Shown here: piece by piece, positions 47,565 to 63,864 of the stretch
How the letters are laid out: each line of letters begins with the position of its first letter
Numbering within the stretch: the first letter of the stretch is position 1
DNA from: the human T2T-CHM13v2.0 reference genome, Homo sapiens
DNA length: 64,000 bases
Reading direction: 5' to 3' (one strand)
NCBI RefSeq assembly: GCF_009914755.1
Contig: NC_060936.1
Notes under the pieces: generated by a model
What the model saw: the letters and a program-made list of their open reading frames with translations, nothing else
Databases searched by the model: none
What the model was told of the DNA's origin: nothing
Program-made: the position numbers and the translations under genes

Positions 47565-47860
47565 TTATTTTTATTTTTATTTATTTATTTCTTTTTTTGA
47601 GACAGGTCTCACTTTGTCACCCAGGCTGGAATGCAGTATCATGATCACGGTGCACTGCAGCCTTGACCTCCTGGGCTTAATCAATCCTCCCACCTAAGCC
47701 TCCTGAGTAGCTGGGACTACAGGCGCATGCCACCATGCCCGGCAAATTTTTGTATCTTTTGTAGAGACAGGGTTCCTCCATGTTGCCCAGGGTGGTCTTG
47801 AACTCCTGCGCTCAAGCCATCTGCCTGCCTCATCTTCCCAAAGTGCTGGGATTACTGGCC
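47565..47860 (-). mobile_element. Alu (AluJ-like)
   Basis: Diverged Alu dimer. Confidence 0.9.
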
Positions 47861-49169
47861 TAAATTATTGCTTTTATTGTATGCATTATATACTATTTTA
47901 TCATAACAAAAGTTAATGGTTCAACTATGGCATTTAGAGCTGCCCACGTAGCCTGATTGTCTATTTAGTTCACTTTTGACTGAGTAAAATGGAGCTGATC
48001 TATCTGCTATTAAAGAGAGTTATATTCTGAAATTTTACATGATGTTCATAATGCCTGGAACTAACCAGCCTGAAATGGAATCACCGTTGTACTGTTTTCA
48101 ATTGGCTAGGTGACTTATTCTCCCTATACTTCAGTTTTCTCATTTGAAAAATGTAGATAAAAATAAATAAATAAAAACAAAGAAAAATGTAGATAAATAA
48201 CAATACTTACCCAGTAGAACTGATGTAAGGATTAAAGTTTTTTGTGGGTTTTTTGTTCGTGTTCGTTTTGGAGTGGGACTTGTTAGGTTAAAGAGGAGCT
48301 TCTGGGGTATACAAGAATTAGCCACAATTTATTTCATAGAGTGCACTATACTCTTTTTTGTATCAGATTCGTAAATGTAAACAAGAATGCAGTCTTGCTC
48401 TTAGAGTCTAAACATGTTTTTCCTACCAGGAATTTTGTTTAGATGACCTTCTGTGAAGTAAGATGTGTAATATTTTGAGTAACATAAATAAATCGTCATA
48501 TTGCTCTGTCTGTAGTACTTGGCAAAGCACAGGGCACATAATAGGCATTTAATAATTCCTGTGTTAAGTGGGATAAATCTAATGGGTTAGGATTCAGACA
48601 GACTGGTGTCTACCTTTTTCAACCTGAATAGTGCAGAGTTAGTTACCTGTAGTAGTTTTTTCTTCTGTGCCTGTTTTCTTCCTTAAAATTAATAAAATAT
48701 TTTCTTCCCTTAAGTGTATTTAGTAGGTTTAAATATGACCCTGTAAAACTCCTGACAAGTAGGTATTTACTGTTGTTGGTTCCCATGCCATTTCCTTTAT
48801 TTAGAGCAAAAATTGCAAAAATCCTGGAAGTTCAGAAGAAACACTTAGCACCTTTTATTTATTTTTTTGAAAGTTGAGAAATGTACCATTGAGTACGTGC
48901 TCATCTTTAATGAAGAGATAATATATTATTTTGGAAAGACTTCACACTTTGATTCAGATGATGGGTTCCAGTCTGGGCTCTATAAACTTACTAGCTGTGT
49001 GCCTGGACAAATCAATTAGTATTGAAGAGCCTCAGCTGTTTGATAATTTATACCTCCCAGTGTTGCTGATGGCAACTCAGATAATGAAAGAAAAAGTGTT
49101 TAACTGTAGAGCATGTCAAAGTATCATGATAATTATTCCTGATTATTAGTTACTGTAGTGAAACTAGTA

Positions 49170-49977
<808 letters not shown>

Positions 49978-50091
49978 TAGTTTCTTAAGTTGTATGATTG
50001 AATGATTCATTCATTTTTACCTGGTGATGCTGCTGCATTTGGGTGCTTTGCCCTTTATGCATTTTTATTTAAATAGATATCTGGTTTATTA

Positions 50092-50410
50092 GGCTAGGCG
50101 CAGTAGCTCATGCCTGTAATCCCAGCACTTTGGGAGGCCGAGGCGGGTGGATTGTAAGTTTTAGGAGTTCAAGATCAGCCTGGCCAACATGGAAAACCCT
50201 GTCTCTACTAAAAATACAAAAAATTAGCCAGGCATGGTGGCACGTGTCTCTAATCCGAGATGCTTGGGAGGCTGTGGCAGGAGAATCTCTTGAACCTGGG
50301 AGGCGGAGGTTGCAGTGAGTTGACATCATGCCAGTGTACACCAGCCTGGGTGACAGAGCAAGACTGCATCTCAAAAAAAAAAAAAAAAAGAAGAAGAAGA
50401 AAAAAAGAAA
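50092..50410 (+). mobile_element. Alu (AluS-like)
   Basis: Alu dimer with A/(GAA) tail. Confidence 0.93.
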
Positions 50411-52726
50411 ACTGGCTTATTGGACTTTGGGAGGGGAGTTTGGAGAGATTGTGGGAGTGGTAAAAAAAGATTCTGCTATGTTCATCGGAGCAGGCCAGTT
50501 AATTGAGTATTTTTGCATGCTGAGGTCCTGATGCTTTCTCTATGTATCTATAGCAGGAAATTTACTTCATCTTAACTCCTGCTTCATTAGGGTAAAATAA
50601 TCATGATAATCTTTGGGGTATTCCCATTTTTGTAACTGTATTTGTGTCCTTTCTCTTTATCATTGTTAGCCAAGTGTATTTTTTGTGAACATCGTGTCTG
50701 TTTTTTTGAAATTCATTTTTAATTTATAGTTAGAGCATTGAGAATGTCAGTGCAGTAGTTTGAAACTCTTGTGTATTCTTGTGCATATGTGTATGAATAA
50801 CTTACGCTGTTCTTTGTCCCTTAAATCTGTAAGATCTCTTGGGTACTGAGCCTTTTGAAGCATTAAAAGTAAATACCATATAAGGCAAGCAGAATAGTAC
50901 TAAATAGCTGCAGTAGCAAAGCAAGGAAAGTGAATCACAGAGTAATGAATTTGGAAAATGACTGTCGTGCATTGTAGGAAAAGGCATTGCTTTTACTATC
51001 ATCCTTGTAAAATCTAGTTGCTGACATTAAGTATTTGTTGTATGTGCTGATTATTTAATCGTGTACTGTAACAAAGGCACTTACAAGCAAAATACTTTTT
51101 CTTCTAAAAACATATACTGAAACTCTAGAAATTGGAGTACAGCTACCCTAAATCCTCAGTTAGTTTGCTATTCAATTCTTTCATATTAACTAAGGCAAAT
51201 AATTTAAAATTGAGCAAATAACTCATATCTAAAACTTATTTGTAAAACATATTTGTAATATAAAACATGAACTTCTAGAAGATCTACAGATTCTGGTCAA
51301 GATATGCCCCTTTATAATTTCAATAGTTTAAATAATGATTGTCAGGCACAGCAAAATACTCAGGCATCAGATACTCAGTTAACTCTGTTATGTTTGCTAT
51401 TCTTAGAAGATTATTACCACACTTTAGAACAGTTTTCAATATCCAAGGCTGTTTGCTTATTTCACTGGAATTAACTAAAAGTAATTAGGGAATTCATTCC
51501 TCAGAATAATTTATATCCTAAGCTTTATGATGAAGAAGGCTTTTATTTCTAATTGTATATTCCAGCCTTGGACCAAAAATGTACATGCTAAAATATCAAG
51601 ACAAGGCAAAGATATATTTTTGCTTTTCTGTCACTTAATACTATTTCAAAATAGTTTCAGATTTATCAATTGGCCCAGAAAAAGAGTATTTAATTCCTTT
51701 GATTTGGAACATCTGATTCAAATTAATGATTTGAGAAGTTTTTAATATACTTTGGGAACTTCAACTTGGAATTCTGAGGTAAATTGTTTTAAAGGGAAGA
51801 TTCTTTTGTAATAGAAAGTTTCTCTATAACTTACCTATTTTGTAATTTTGGATTCTTGTATATTGATATGTATTATTACAGCATACCAAGGAAGTAATAG
51901 TGTTATTTACTGGTTTTTAAATTTTTATATGGAGTGAATTAAATGTGAGGTTCTGCTGAAGGAGACCTGTGGGTAAAAAAAAAAAAAAAAAAAAAGTGGT
52001 AATAGCATATACTTATTACAGAAAAAGTAGAAAGGTTGGTGAGAGAAGAAAATAAAAATCACTTCCAAGCCTATAACCTAGAGAACCGTTGTTAACTGAG
52101 GCAAACATTGCCATTTCCTTTGCATGCATGTGTTTGTAAGCTCTACAGTCTCTCGTTTTTCTCTCTGATTATTAAGGTAATATGGGGGATGTGAAAATGC
52201 AGGAGAGTTGTAATAAAGAGAGGAGAAAAAGCCACTCAGAGACATCCATGAAAGTTTGCATTTTTGTGATGAAGAAATTGGAGTAGACATGGTAATTTGT
52301 AACCTGTATTGAAAAAACAAAACTGACACCATAAGCATTTTCCAGTGTCATATATTTATCCAAAACAGGATTCTTAATGGCCAGAGCATAACTGATTTAA
52401 TGATTGTGTATGATTGAACATTTTATTTTTTTTTTACTTTTATAAATAGCACTGTGATGAACATTCTTGTACCTGAATTGTTTGTACATTTATTTCTTTA
52501 GAAGAAATTTCTATAAGTACAATCATTTCAAAGTATATGAATTTTGGAGGTAAGCAGGTCCAGTGCTTAGCCAATTGCTGTGTCCTTAGTGAGATTACTT
52601 TTCAAGCCTTAGTATTCTCTCTGTAAGAACAGGTATAATATACTTAACTCAGAGGTTAGAAGGAGTAAATGACAACATATGTATAGCATTTAGCACATCC
52701 GATAGTATACAGGATACTCTCAGTGA

Positions 52727-53058
<332 letters not shown>

Positions 53059-56000
53059 CCAACTACCCTTTTCTTAAGTAGACTCTTCTTCCCTAGCATC
53101 TATTGTAATTAGCTATTACGCTAAAAAAATTTTGTCTTTCATTCCACCACTAGATCATGAGTAGGGACAAGTTCAGTCTAGTTCATTAATGTATATTGAA
53201 AACTCGTACAGGCCTAACAAATGTAAATATGTTGGATGTATGAAAAGTTATCTTCCAAAGCTTTTAATATTCAGTTGCTTTTTTTCTTACAGCAAAGCTG
53301 TGCCAGTTTACATTCTCTGCAGCTCTGTGTAAATTGTGTCCTTTTTAATTTACTGTCACTGATACTGAGTATGTTGTGTTAACAAAAAGTTCTAAATTTC
53401 AAAGTTATAAACTGATAATTTTAAAAACTTGTATTTTTTGGCTTTTTCTCTGAAGAAGCAATATTTTATATTCACTTCTATTTTCACGTTTTCTGTTTAT
53501 GTTTTTCATTCTTACTAATAAGAATAAAGACAAAATAAGAGTAATATGTTATAGTCCTGTCCGTGGTCCCCTCCCAAGCATTATTCCATACTTCCTGGGA
53601 AGAAAAAGTAAATAGCATCACACAATTATGAGACAGGGTTAATATACAGAAGTACCATATCAAAACTGATCTCCAAGGGGTTTAAACTGGATAAACTTAC
53701 GGTGAAAAAGTTTAAAAGAATTTTTGCCTAATTTAATTTACTGTATTAACACTGAAAATGTAGGTTAAGATGTTATGTTAAAATCAGATTGTATTTTCAG
53801 TATTAAGCTTATGTTTTCTGGAGGGCTTCAAAATCACTTTCATATCTGTGGATGTATTTGAAAATAGTATTTTGCTTGTGGGAAGTAGGCAAAGACAAGT
53901 AATATTTAGGTATTGTATTAGATATTTTATGTTACTCATTCATTAATTTAACAAATATTTATTTAACTCCTACCGTGTGCCCCAAGTGCTATTCCAAAAG
54001 AATATAGCAGTGTACAAAATAAAATCTATATAGATACATATAATCTGACAGATGGTGGTAAGGATAAGGAGGAAAAGAAACTAAGGGAAAGTATGGAGTG
54101 TGTATGAGGTGCAGATTTAAATAGGCTGGTCAGGGAAGTCCTTTCCCACTGATTTCCCCTCAAGGCGTGAGCCTGTGGTGAGGGAGCAATCCTGTGCTTG
54201 TTCAGGAGAAAGGGCTTTCAGGAAGGGACAACAACAAAGAACAAAAAACCTGAGAGAGACGGATTCTTGATGTCTTATGATTAAAAAATTGCAAAGCAGT
54301 ATGTGTGGCTAGAGTGTAGTGGGAAAGGAAGAGAATGGTAGATGGGTACAGAAAAGGGCAAATGAGGAAAGACTTTGCTAGGCTACCATAAGGACATTTT
54401 TACTTACAGTAAAATATACCTTGTATATACTCTTCACAGTTGTTACACGAGGTTAGCTGAATTTTTCCCATTTTACAGTTGAGTAAATAAGGTAGGTTCT
54501 AGCATATAACTGGTAATTAACTTCTTCAAGGTCACATAAGCTAGCCAGTAAGATCCAGAGTCAGGTCTTTGACTTCAAAACCTCCTGAATTTTTGTTTGT
54601 ACTGTTCTTGTTCAAGCATACTTACAGAGCCTTTCACTTTTACAGTGAAATTCAGACCGGGCTTAGTTTTTAGTGTTGATCTAGGGTGAGTTTTCATGCA
54701 GGGCTTATTTTTTTTTAATATCCATAGGAACTAATACCATTCTTATTTTTAAATCAACTTTGTCAAGGAAGTTTACATATAATACAAGGTACCCGTTTAA
54801 GTGTCCTTTTTTAAATTAGTTTTCACAAATTTATACACCCGTTTAACCATCACCATCATTCAGATACAGAATATTCCCATCAACCCTCAAGTTCACTGAT
54901 TCCATGGAGACCCCAATCATGGCCCTGGCAACCACAGATCTGCTTTCTGTCAGTATATTTGAGATTTTTTCTAGAGATTCGAACAAACGGGTTTGTAGGT
55001 ACTGCATTGTTTTGTGCCTTCTTTTGCTCAACATAATTTCATGACTTATTTATGTTGCATGTATCAGTTGTTCACTTCTGTTGGATATTGTTTTGTTGGC
55101 TAGTACTCTTCTAACTGGTGCCTGAAACGTTTGTTGAATGAATGCATATAATAAATATCCTCTTCCCCCAGTTTTGCCGCTTTCCTTTATCATGAGACTG
55201 CTAAAACCTCTTCTAGATTTTGTATGTTGCTAGACTTAAATTTGTGTATAGAGTATTTGAAGAGATAATAGTGAAAAATGTGCATGATTTGGAGCTCAGT
55301 ATTTGTTAAAAAGACTGTTTTCTCTATTTATTTATCTTAGTACCCTTCTCTAAAATGAGCTGACTGTATATGTGAAGCTTTATTTCTGGACTCTCAATTC
55401 TGTTTCATTGATTGGTATGCCTATCCTTATGCCAGTATCCCTTGATTACGATCTGCAATTTTGAAAACAGGAATTTTTGAGAATCCTCCAACTCTGTTCT
55501 TTTTCGAGATTGTTTTATTAGTATCTGCTCCATGAATTTCCATATGAATTTTAGAACTAGCTTGCTAATTTCTCCAAAGAAACCAGGTGGAATTTTGATA
55601 GAATTGTGTTGAAACTGAACATGGGATGTCTTTCTATTTATATAGTTATTTAATTTCTTTTTTTTTAATCAATTGAGTACCAAAATAGACTTTAATTTCT
55701 TTTAAGAATGTTTTGTAGTTTTTATGGTATGTTTTGTATTACTTTTGTTAAACTTACACCTAAGTGTTTTATTCTCTTGGATGCTTCAGAAATGGAGTTA
55801 TTTTCTTAATTTCATTTTTGGATTGTTCATTGTTATTGTATAGAAATGCAATTAATTTTGGCGTATTGATTTTGTACCCTGCAACCTTGTTGCACTTGTT
55901 TACTTAATTATTATAAAACATTACTATTAATAAAATCTTAAGTATTAAACTGCTATGTAAACTGTTGTATATTTTCAAGTCTCCTGTTGACTTATCTTGT

Positions 56001-56607
56001 ATCTAGTTGTTGTATTCATTATTGACATGGAGTATTAAAAGTCTCCCAACCACTGTTGTTGAATTGGCTATTTTCTCTCTTCAGGTGTCAGTTTTTGCTT
56101 CATTCATTTCGGTGCTCTTTTGTTAGGTTTATGTGTTTATAATAATCTTTTTAGTGGCTTCTTTAGGATTTTCTTATCTATGATATCATGTAATCTGCAA
56201 TTAGAGGTAGTTTCACTTCTTCTTTTCCAATCCAGATGCATTCTATTTTTTTTTTTTTTGCCTAATTGTTCTGGCTAGAATCTTTAGTACAGTATGAAAT
56301 AGAAATGGCAATTCTGTTTAGTGGACAACCTTGTATTATCTCTGATCATATAAGGAAAGCATTCAGACTTTCACCTTTGAGTATATACCTGTGTTTTTGT
56401 TTTTTTTTCCATGGATACCTTTTATCAGTTTGAGGATGTTCCTTTCTATTTCTAGTATGTTGAGTGCTTTTATTATGAAGGGCTGTTAGATTTTTTCAGA
56501 TGCTTTTTTTGGTGCATCTTTTGAGATGATCATGTGGTTGTTCTAATATGTTGTATTACATTATTTTGTTTTTATGATGTTGAACAGTTCTTGAATTTTT
56601 GGGATAA

Positions 56608-56912
<305 letters not shown>

Positions 56913-57542
56913 TAGCCAGGATGGTCTCAATCTCCTGACCTCGTTGTCCTCCTGCCTCAGCCTCCCAAAGTGCTGGGATTACAGGCGTGAGCTACCACGC
57001 CTGGCCAGTTTTTGTGCCTATTTTCATAAGATATATCAGTCTGTAGTTTTCATTTCTTGAGATTTCTTTGATGTTGTTAACTGGATAATAATGGTCTTGT
57101 AAAATGAATTAGGAAATGTTCCAGGTTCCAAAACTCTTCTCTGTTTTAGAAGAGTTTGTGAAGAATTGGTATCAGTTTTTCTTAAAATTGGTACAATTCA
57201 CCAGTGAAGCTGCCTGGGCCTGAGATTTTTTTTTTTTTTTTATGGGAAGTTTTAAAATTACTAATGCAATCTCTTCACTTGTTACAGGTTTATTCAGATT
57301 GTCTGTTTCATCCTAAGTCAATTTTGATAGTCTGTGACTTTGTAAGAATTTGTCCCTTCCCTTTAGTTATTTAATTTGTTAGTATTCAGTTCACATTATT
57401 TCTTTACGATCCTTGTTATGCCTACCCTACAAAGTTGTAGTAATGTACTGTTTCTTTCCTGTTTTTAGTACTTTGAGTTTTCTTTTTTTTTCTTTTCTTG
57501 GTCAGTTTAGCTCAAAGTTTGTCAATCTCTTTATCTTTTTAG

Positions 57543-57902
<360 letters not shown>

Positions 57903-57968
57903 TGATCTGCCTGCCTTGGCCTCCCAAAGTGCTGGGATTATAGGCGTGAGCCACGGCGCCCGGCCTAA

Positions 57969-58412
<444 letters not shown>

Positions 58413-60664
58413 TGACAGTTTTTTCTTCATTGTTTTGAATATGTCATCCTACATCTTTCTGGCCACCATTATTTCTAATGAAAAGTTAGTTGTGACAAGT
58501 CACTTTTCTCTTGCTGCTTTCAAGAGTCTTTTTGTCATTGGCTTCCAACGTTTTGTGCTATGATGTTTCTGGGCATGAATCGTTTTGTTTACCCTACTTG
58601 GTAACTCTTCTTGGATGTGTAGATTAGTGTTTTTCTTCAATTTCAGAGGTTATCAGCCATTATTTCCTGAAATATTTTTCTGTTCTTTTCTCTCTCCTTT
58701 CTTCTTACTCCCATTACACATATGTTGATTCACTTAATAGTATCCTATGCTTTTTTTTCCTGAGGTTTTGTTCACATTTTTTAATTAATTTTTCTCTGAA
58801 TTGCACAACCCTATGAATCTGTTGTCAAATTTACATTCTCCTTGTTCTCCTGGTTCAGATATGCTTTTGAGCCCCTCTTATTTTTGAGCCTCTGAATTTT
58901 TCAGTTCATTTTACTTGTTAACTACATAATATCTCTTTTTTTCTTATCTCTTTCTTAAAGATAAGACATTGTCACATCACACTTTCCTTTACGTCTTTGA
59001 TCATGATTTCCTTAAATTATTGAATATATTTTTAACGACTGCTTTGAAGTCTTTATTAAGTCTGACATCTTGGCTCTTAAACAGGCAGTTTTCGTTGACT
59101 GCTTTTTCACCCTGTGTATGAATTACTTCTATTTATTTGCATGTCATAATTTGTGGGCGAGAGGCTGGACATTTTACATGAACTTTGCAGCATCTCTGGA
59201 TACTGATCTTTCTTCTCCTTTGTGCTTGTTTGCTTGTTTAATGGCTTGGCTGGGCTTTTTCAATGAAGTTTTATATTTCTTGCCGTGTGAAGTGCCTGAT
59301 GTCACCCATGAGAGGGTACAGCCTTGGACATGGGCAATTATATTGGGATGACAGTGATTTTAGTAGGACCATTTCCGATTGTCTTTTTCACTTATATATA
59401 TCTGTTAAAACCTCTGCTTCTGTTGGTGTCACACCCAGATATGATAGCCTTTACTAACTGCTGGTGACTGCTCTTTTGTTATTAACAGTTCTCTGGAGCA
59501 TAAATTTCTCCACAGTGAGATCAAATTAAATTTTGGCCCCTTTGTAGGGGCATTTTTTTGAGGCTAGTCTTCAGTGTTTGTTATGAACTGCGGAGGTCTG
59601 TTCCTAGCTATCTCTCTTCCCAGTTCTCTTTGGTACACTAGCTAGCCCGTGGTTTAACTTGTTCCTGTCTTAGAGCTACCAGCTTCCTTTTAGTTGCTTA
59701 CTGCCCAAATCTCCATATTTTTGAGGGTACCCTTAGGCTTGAACTTCTCTACACTCTGTCCCAAATAAAGTCTTTTCTTTTTGGGAGGCTTTTAGAGTTC
59801 TCTGCTCTTAGGTCTGCTCCTGCTCTGCAGCAGAATCTCTGAGCCACTACCAGTGGGCAGGGTGGTAGCCTCTAGTCTTTTTGGCTTACCTATCCCTGTG
59901 TGTAACCACGGTCTTATGAGTGAGATGGGTTGAAGGCAAATGGGGCCCCTGTGTTCTAGGCCTGTCATGTTTACGGTAGAGCCTCTGCCTGTGTTTTGAG
60001 GCTGGTGGCAGAAGTGAGGGAGTTGAGTATAAGAAATTCTGTTGGCCTGTCTGTCCTGGAGAGATACTCTAACCCTTGACTGGAAACTAGGCAGGGAGAG
60101 AGCCCTGTCTTGACCCCATCTGCCAGGATTAGAAATTTCATTATGCTGAGCGGGCAGAGGGAAGAAAGGGGCAGTGTGGCTCAGATACTATAGATTCTTG
60201 CTATTTCTATTGAGATTTAGTAGATTATTTAAAATAAAATAGTTTTTCGTTTGCTGTATTCCCTTAGAACACTCCCCAGAGCACTGAGTTTTTGTTTTCT
60301 TTTCAAGCAGTTTTCTCCAATTATGTTTTTTTTCATTGATTGAATTTTGACAATTAAGTCAGTCTTATTTTCTCTGGATAAACCTTACTTGTTCGTAGAT
60401 CTTTGGGCATTTTATTGAATTTGATTTGCTAATATTTTGTTGAGAATTTTTGCCTTTATATTTATGAGGAATATTGGTCTTTAATTTTTTTTTGTTTGTT
60501 ATTGTTTTCTTGTTTTTAGTTTTGGTATCAGTAATGCCTCAAAAATGACTTAAGTGTTTTGTGTCCCATTTTCTGGAAAACATGTCAAGTTGGTATTACT
60601 TCTTCTTTAAGTGTTTTGGTAGAGTTCACTAGTAAAACTACCAAACCTGGAGTTTCGTTTTGTT

Positions 60665-60760
60665 TCTTCTCTTCTCTTCTCTTCTCTTCTCTTCTCTTCT
60701 CTTCTCTTCTCTTCTCTTCTCTTCTCTTCTCTTTCTTTCTTTTTTCTTTCTTTCTCTCTT
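60665..60760. repeat. (CTTCT)n pentanucleotide microsatellite grading into CT-rich sequence
   Basis: Long perfect CTTCT run. Confidence 0.95.
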
Positions 60761-62547
60761 TCACTGTGAGTTCATTTGTTTCTGTAGGTATAAGACTTCA
60801 GGTTTTTTGAGGAATAGGTGCATTTCATCTAAGTTGCTGATTTTATTTTTATAGAGTTGTTCTGGTATTATTATCCTTTTAATGCCTGTGGGTTCTATAT
60901 TTTCTCTTTTATTCCTGATAGTGGTAGTTTCTGACTTTTTTCTTTGTCAGTCTGCCTTAGAGGTACATCAGTTTTGGTGATTTTCCTTTTAAAGAATTAG
61001 ATTTTCTGTTTTGTTTAATTCTTTTTTTCAATTTCTGTGTTTTTTCCTCTCATCTTTATTTATTATTTTTGTTTACTTTTGGTTTATTTTGTGCCCTTTT
61101 TCAAGGTTTTTGAGATGTAAGCTTAGGTGATTGACCTGAGAGCTTTTCAAAGATAAGCACTTGAAATTATAAATTTCCCCTTGAGTACTAATTTGGTTAC
61201 ATCCTACAGATTGTATGTTTTATTTTTGTTTTCAATCAGTTCAAAATATTTCTAAATTTCCCTTTATAATACCTCTATGACCATGGATTACTTAGATATG
61301 CACAGTTCAATTTTTATGTATTTGGAGATACTTTCCAGTTTCTCATGTCACTTTTTAGTGTAATTCTCTTATAGTCAGAAAATATTTGTATGAATTCAAT
61401 TCTTTTAACTTTTTTTTTTTTTTTTAAAAGAACTAAGATGCAACTAATTTGATGAATGTTTCATTTTCTCCTTTTAGGAATTTGTAATCTACTGTCGTTG
61501 ATGTTGTATTATTATTATTATTATTATTTTTCAGACAGAGTTCTCTCTTGTTGCCCAGGCTGGAGTGCAATGGCGCCATCTTGGCTCACCACAACCTCCA
61601 CCTCTGGGTGGAGGCTGAGGCAGTAGTTCAAGCGGTTCTCCTGCCTCAGCCTCCCCAGTAGCTAGAATTATAGGCATGCACCACCATGCCCAGCTAATTT
61701 TGTATTTTTAGCAGAGATGGGGTTTCTCCATGTTGGTCAGACTTGCCTCAAACTCCTGACCTCAGGTGATCCGCCCACCTTGGCCTCCCAAAGTGCTGGG
61801 ATTACAGGCGTGAGCCACAGCACCCGGCCGTTGAAATTATATTCTATAAATGTCAATTAGATCTAGTTGGTTAATGATGGTGTTCTGTTTTTCTGTATCC
61901 TTGCTGACTTTTGTTTACTTGCTTTATAATTACTTAGAGGAGTATTGAAATTTCCAAATGTAATGCTGGAATGGTCAGTTTCTCCTTTCAGGCTTATTAG
62001 TTTTTGGTATTTTTAACTTGAAGCTCTGTTGTAAGTGCGTACACATTTAAGGGATATTATGTCTTCCTGGTAAGTTGGCCTTTTTATCATTATTTAACAT
62101 ACATTTCTTAGCCCTGGTAATATTTTTTAATTGCTCTGAAGTGTACTTATTCTGATGGTAAGGTAGCCACTCCAGCTTCTCTTTGTTTACTTTTTGCATG
62201 GTATATCTTTTTTCACCTGTATGTTTCCTGTAGACAGCATATAGTCTTTTTTTTGTTTTTTTAACCATTTTGACAATCTCATTCTTTTGGACTATCTATA
62301 TCTAATATAATTATTGTTCTATTTGGATTTAGATAAACCCTTTGCTTTTTTAAATTTTCTGTTTGTTCCATTTGCTTTTTCACTCATGTGATTGATTCTT
62401 CTTTCCTGCCATCTTTTGGATTATCTGACTACTTTTAATATTGCATTTTACTTATTGAGTTTTTTAGTATATTCTTTGTGTATTTTTTTTTAGAGATTAC
62501 TTTAGGGATTACAATGCACATTCTTAACTTTTCAGAATTTACTTATT

Positions 62548-62999
62548 ATGTCAGTTTCCTGGGGCTCCTATAATAAATTGCCACAAACTGTAGCTTAAAA
62601 TACCAGAAATTTATTCTTTCATGGTTCTGGAGGTTGGAAGCCCCAAATCTCAAGGTATCATCAGGGCCGTAAATCCTTTGAAGGGTATAGAGAAGAAACC
62701 TTCCTTCTAGTTTTGGTGGTTGCCAGCAATCGTGTTCCTTGGCTTATCCCTGCATCACTCCAGTCTCTGCCTCTGTTTTCACATGGTCTTCTTTCTCTTC
62801 CCACTGTGTTTCTGTACTTAATCGCTCCTTTCTTTTGTGAAGACACAAGTCATTGGATTTAGGGCCTTCATAAATCCAGTATGACTTCCTGTTAATTTGG
62901 TGAGATTTGCAATGACTCTGTGGCCAAATAAGGTGAAATTCAGAGGTCCTGGGGGTTAAGTCTTGAACACATCTTTTTTGAGTACACAACTCACTGCAC
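62548..62999. mobile_element. MaLR LTR (MLT1C/D-like)
   Basis: GCCACAAACTGTAGCTTAAAATACCAGAAATTTATT; CAAGTCATTGGATTTAGGGCC. Confidence 0.8.
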
Positions 63000-63190
63000 T
63001 GCACTTATATCACTTCAAGTGGAATGTGGAAACCTTGTCAGCATGTAGTTCCCTTTACTCATCCCCTTTTATGTTGTAGTTTCATATGTATTACATTTGT
63101 ATACTTCAGATACTCGTCACACAGTGAGGTCACTTGCTTTCAACTATCATCATGTTTTAAAGGATTTAAGAGGAAAAGAATAGTCTATCA

Positions 63191-63437
63191 CAGGGATTGC
63201 AAACTATGGCTGCAGGCCAAGTCTAGCCTGACATCTGCTTTTTGTAAATAAAGTTTTATTGGAATACTGCCACATTTGTTAGTTTATATATTGTCTCTGG
63301 CTGCTTTTGCACTACAATGCAGAATTGATTAGTTACAATGGAGACTGTTAGGCTTGTGAAACTTGAAATATTTTCTATCTGGCCCTTTACAAAGTATTTA
63401 CTATCTGACCCTTTACGAAAAAGTTTGCCAACTCCTG
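63191..63437. mobile_element. hAT-Charlie MITE (MER58-like)
   Basis: CAGGGATTGCAAACT ... AGTTTGCCAACTCCTG TIRs; TTTGTAAATAAAGTTTTATTGGAA core. Confidence 0.85.
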
Positions 63438-63864
63438 GTCTGACATGTACACACACATATTTTCCATTTTTTTCCCATTCATTCATAAAACTCTAAGTTT
63501 TCTACCGGTATTATTTTCATTTTGTCCAAAGAATCTTCCTTTCTTTATAGCAGGTCTGCTAGCAATGAATTCTCTTAGTTTCTTTCATCCGAAAGTGTCT
63601 TTATTTCACCTTTGTTTTTGAAGGATGCTTTTGATCCATGTAGAATTCTGGGTGGACAGTTCTCTCGGTAGCAATTAGCTAGAGTAGAGTAGCAGCAACT
63701 GCCTTCTTTAGGTGGTCTGTGGACCTTCCAGTTTGCCATACTTTTTGATACTTTCTCTTGTCTCTTTGACATTGATACCCACTGCCATTCTTGATATTTA
63801 CTATTGTGCCTATGTGGTGGTTTTTCTTATCAAAGGATCAGAAGAAAGTAAAATTTATTTGTTA

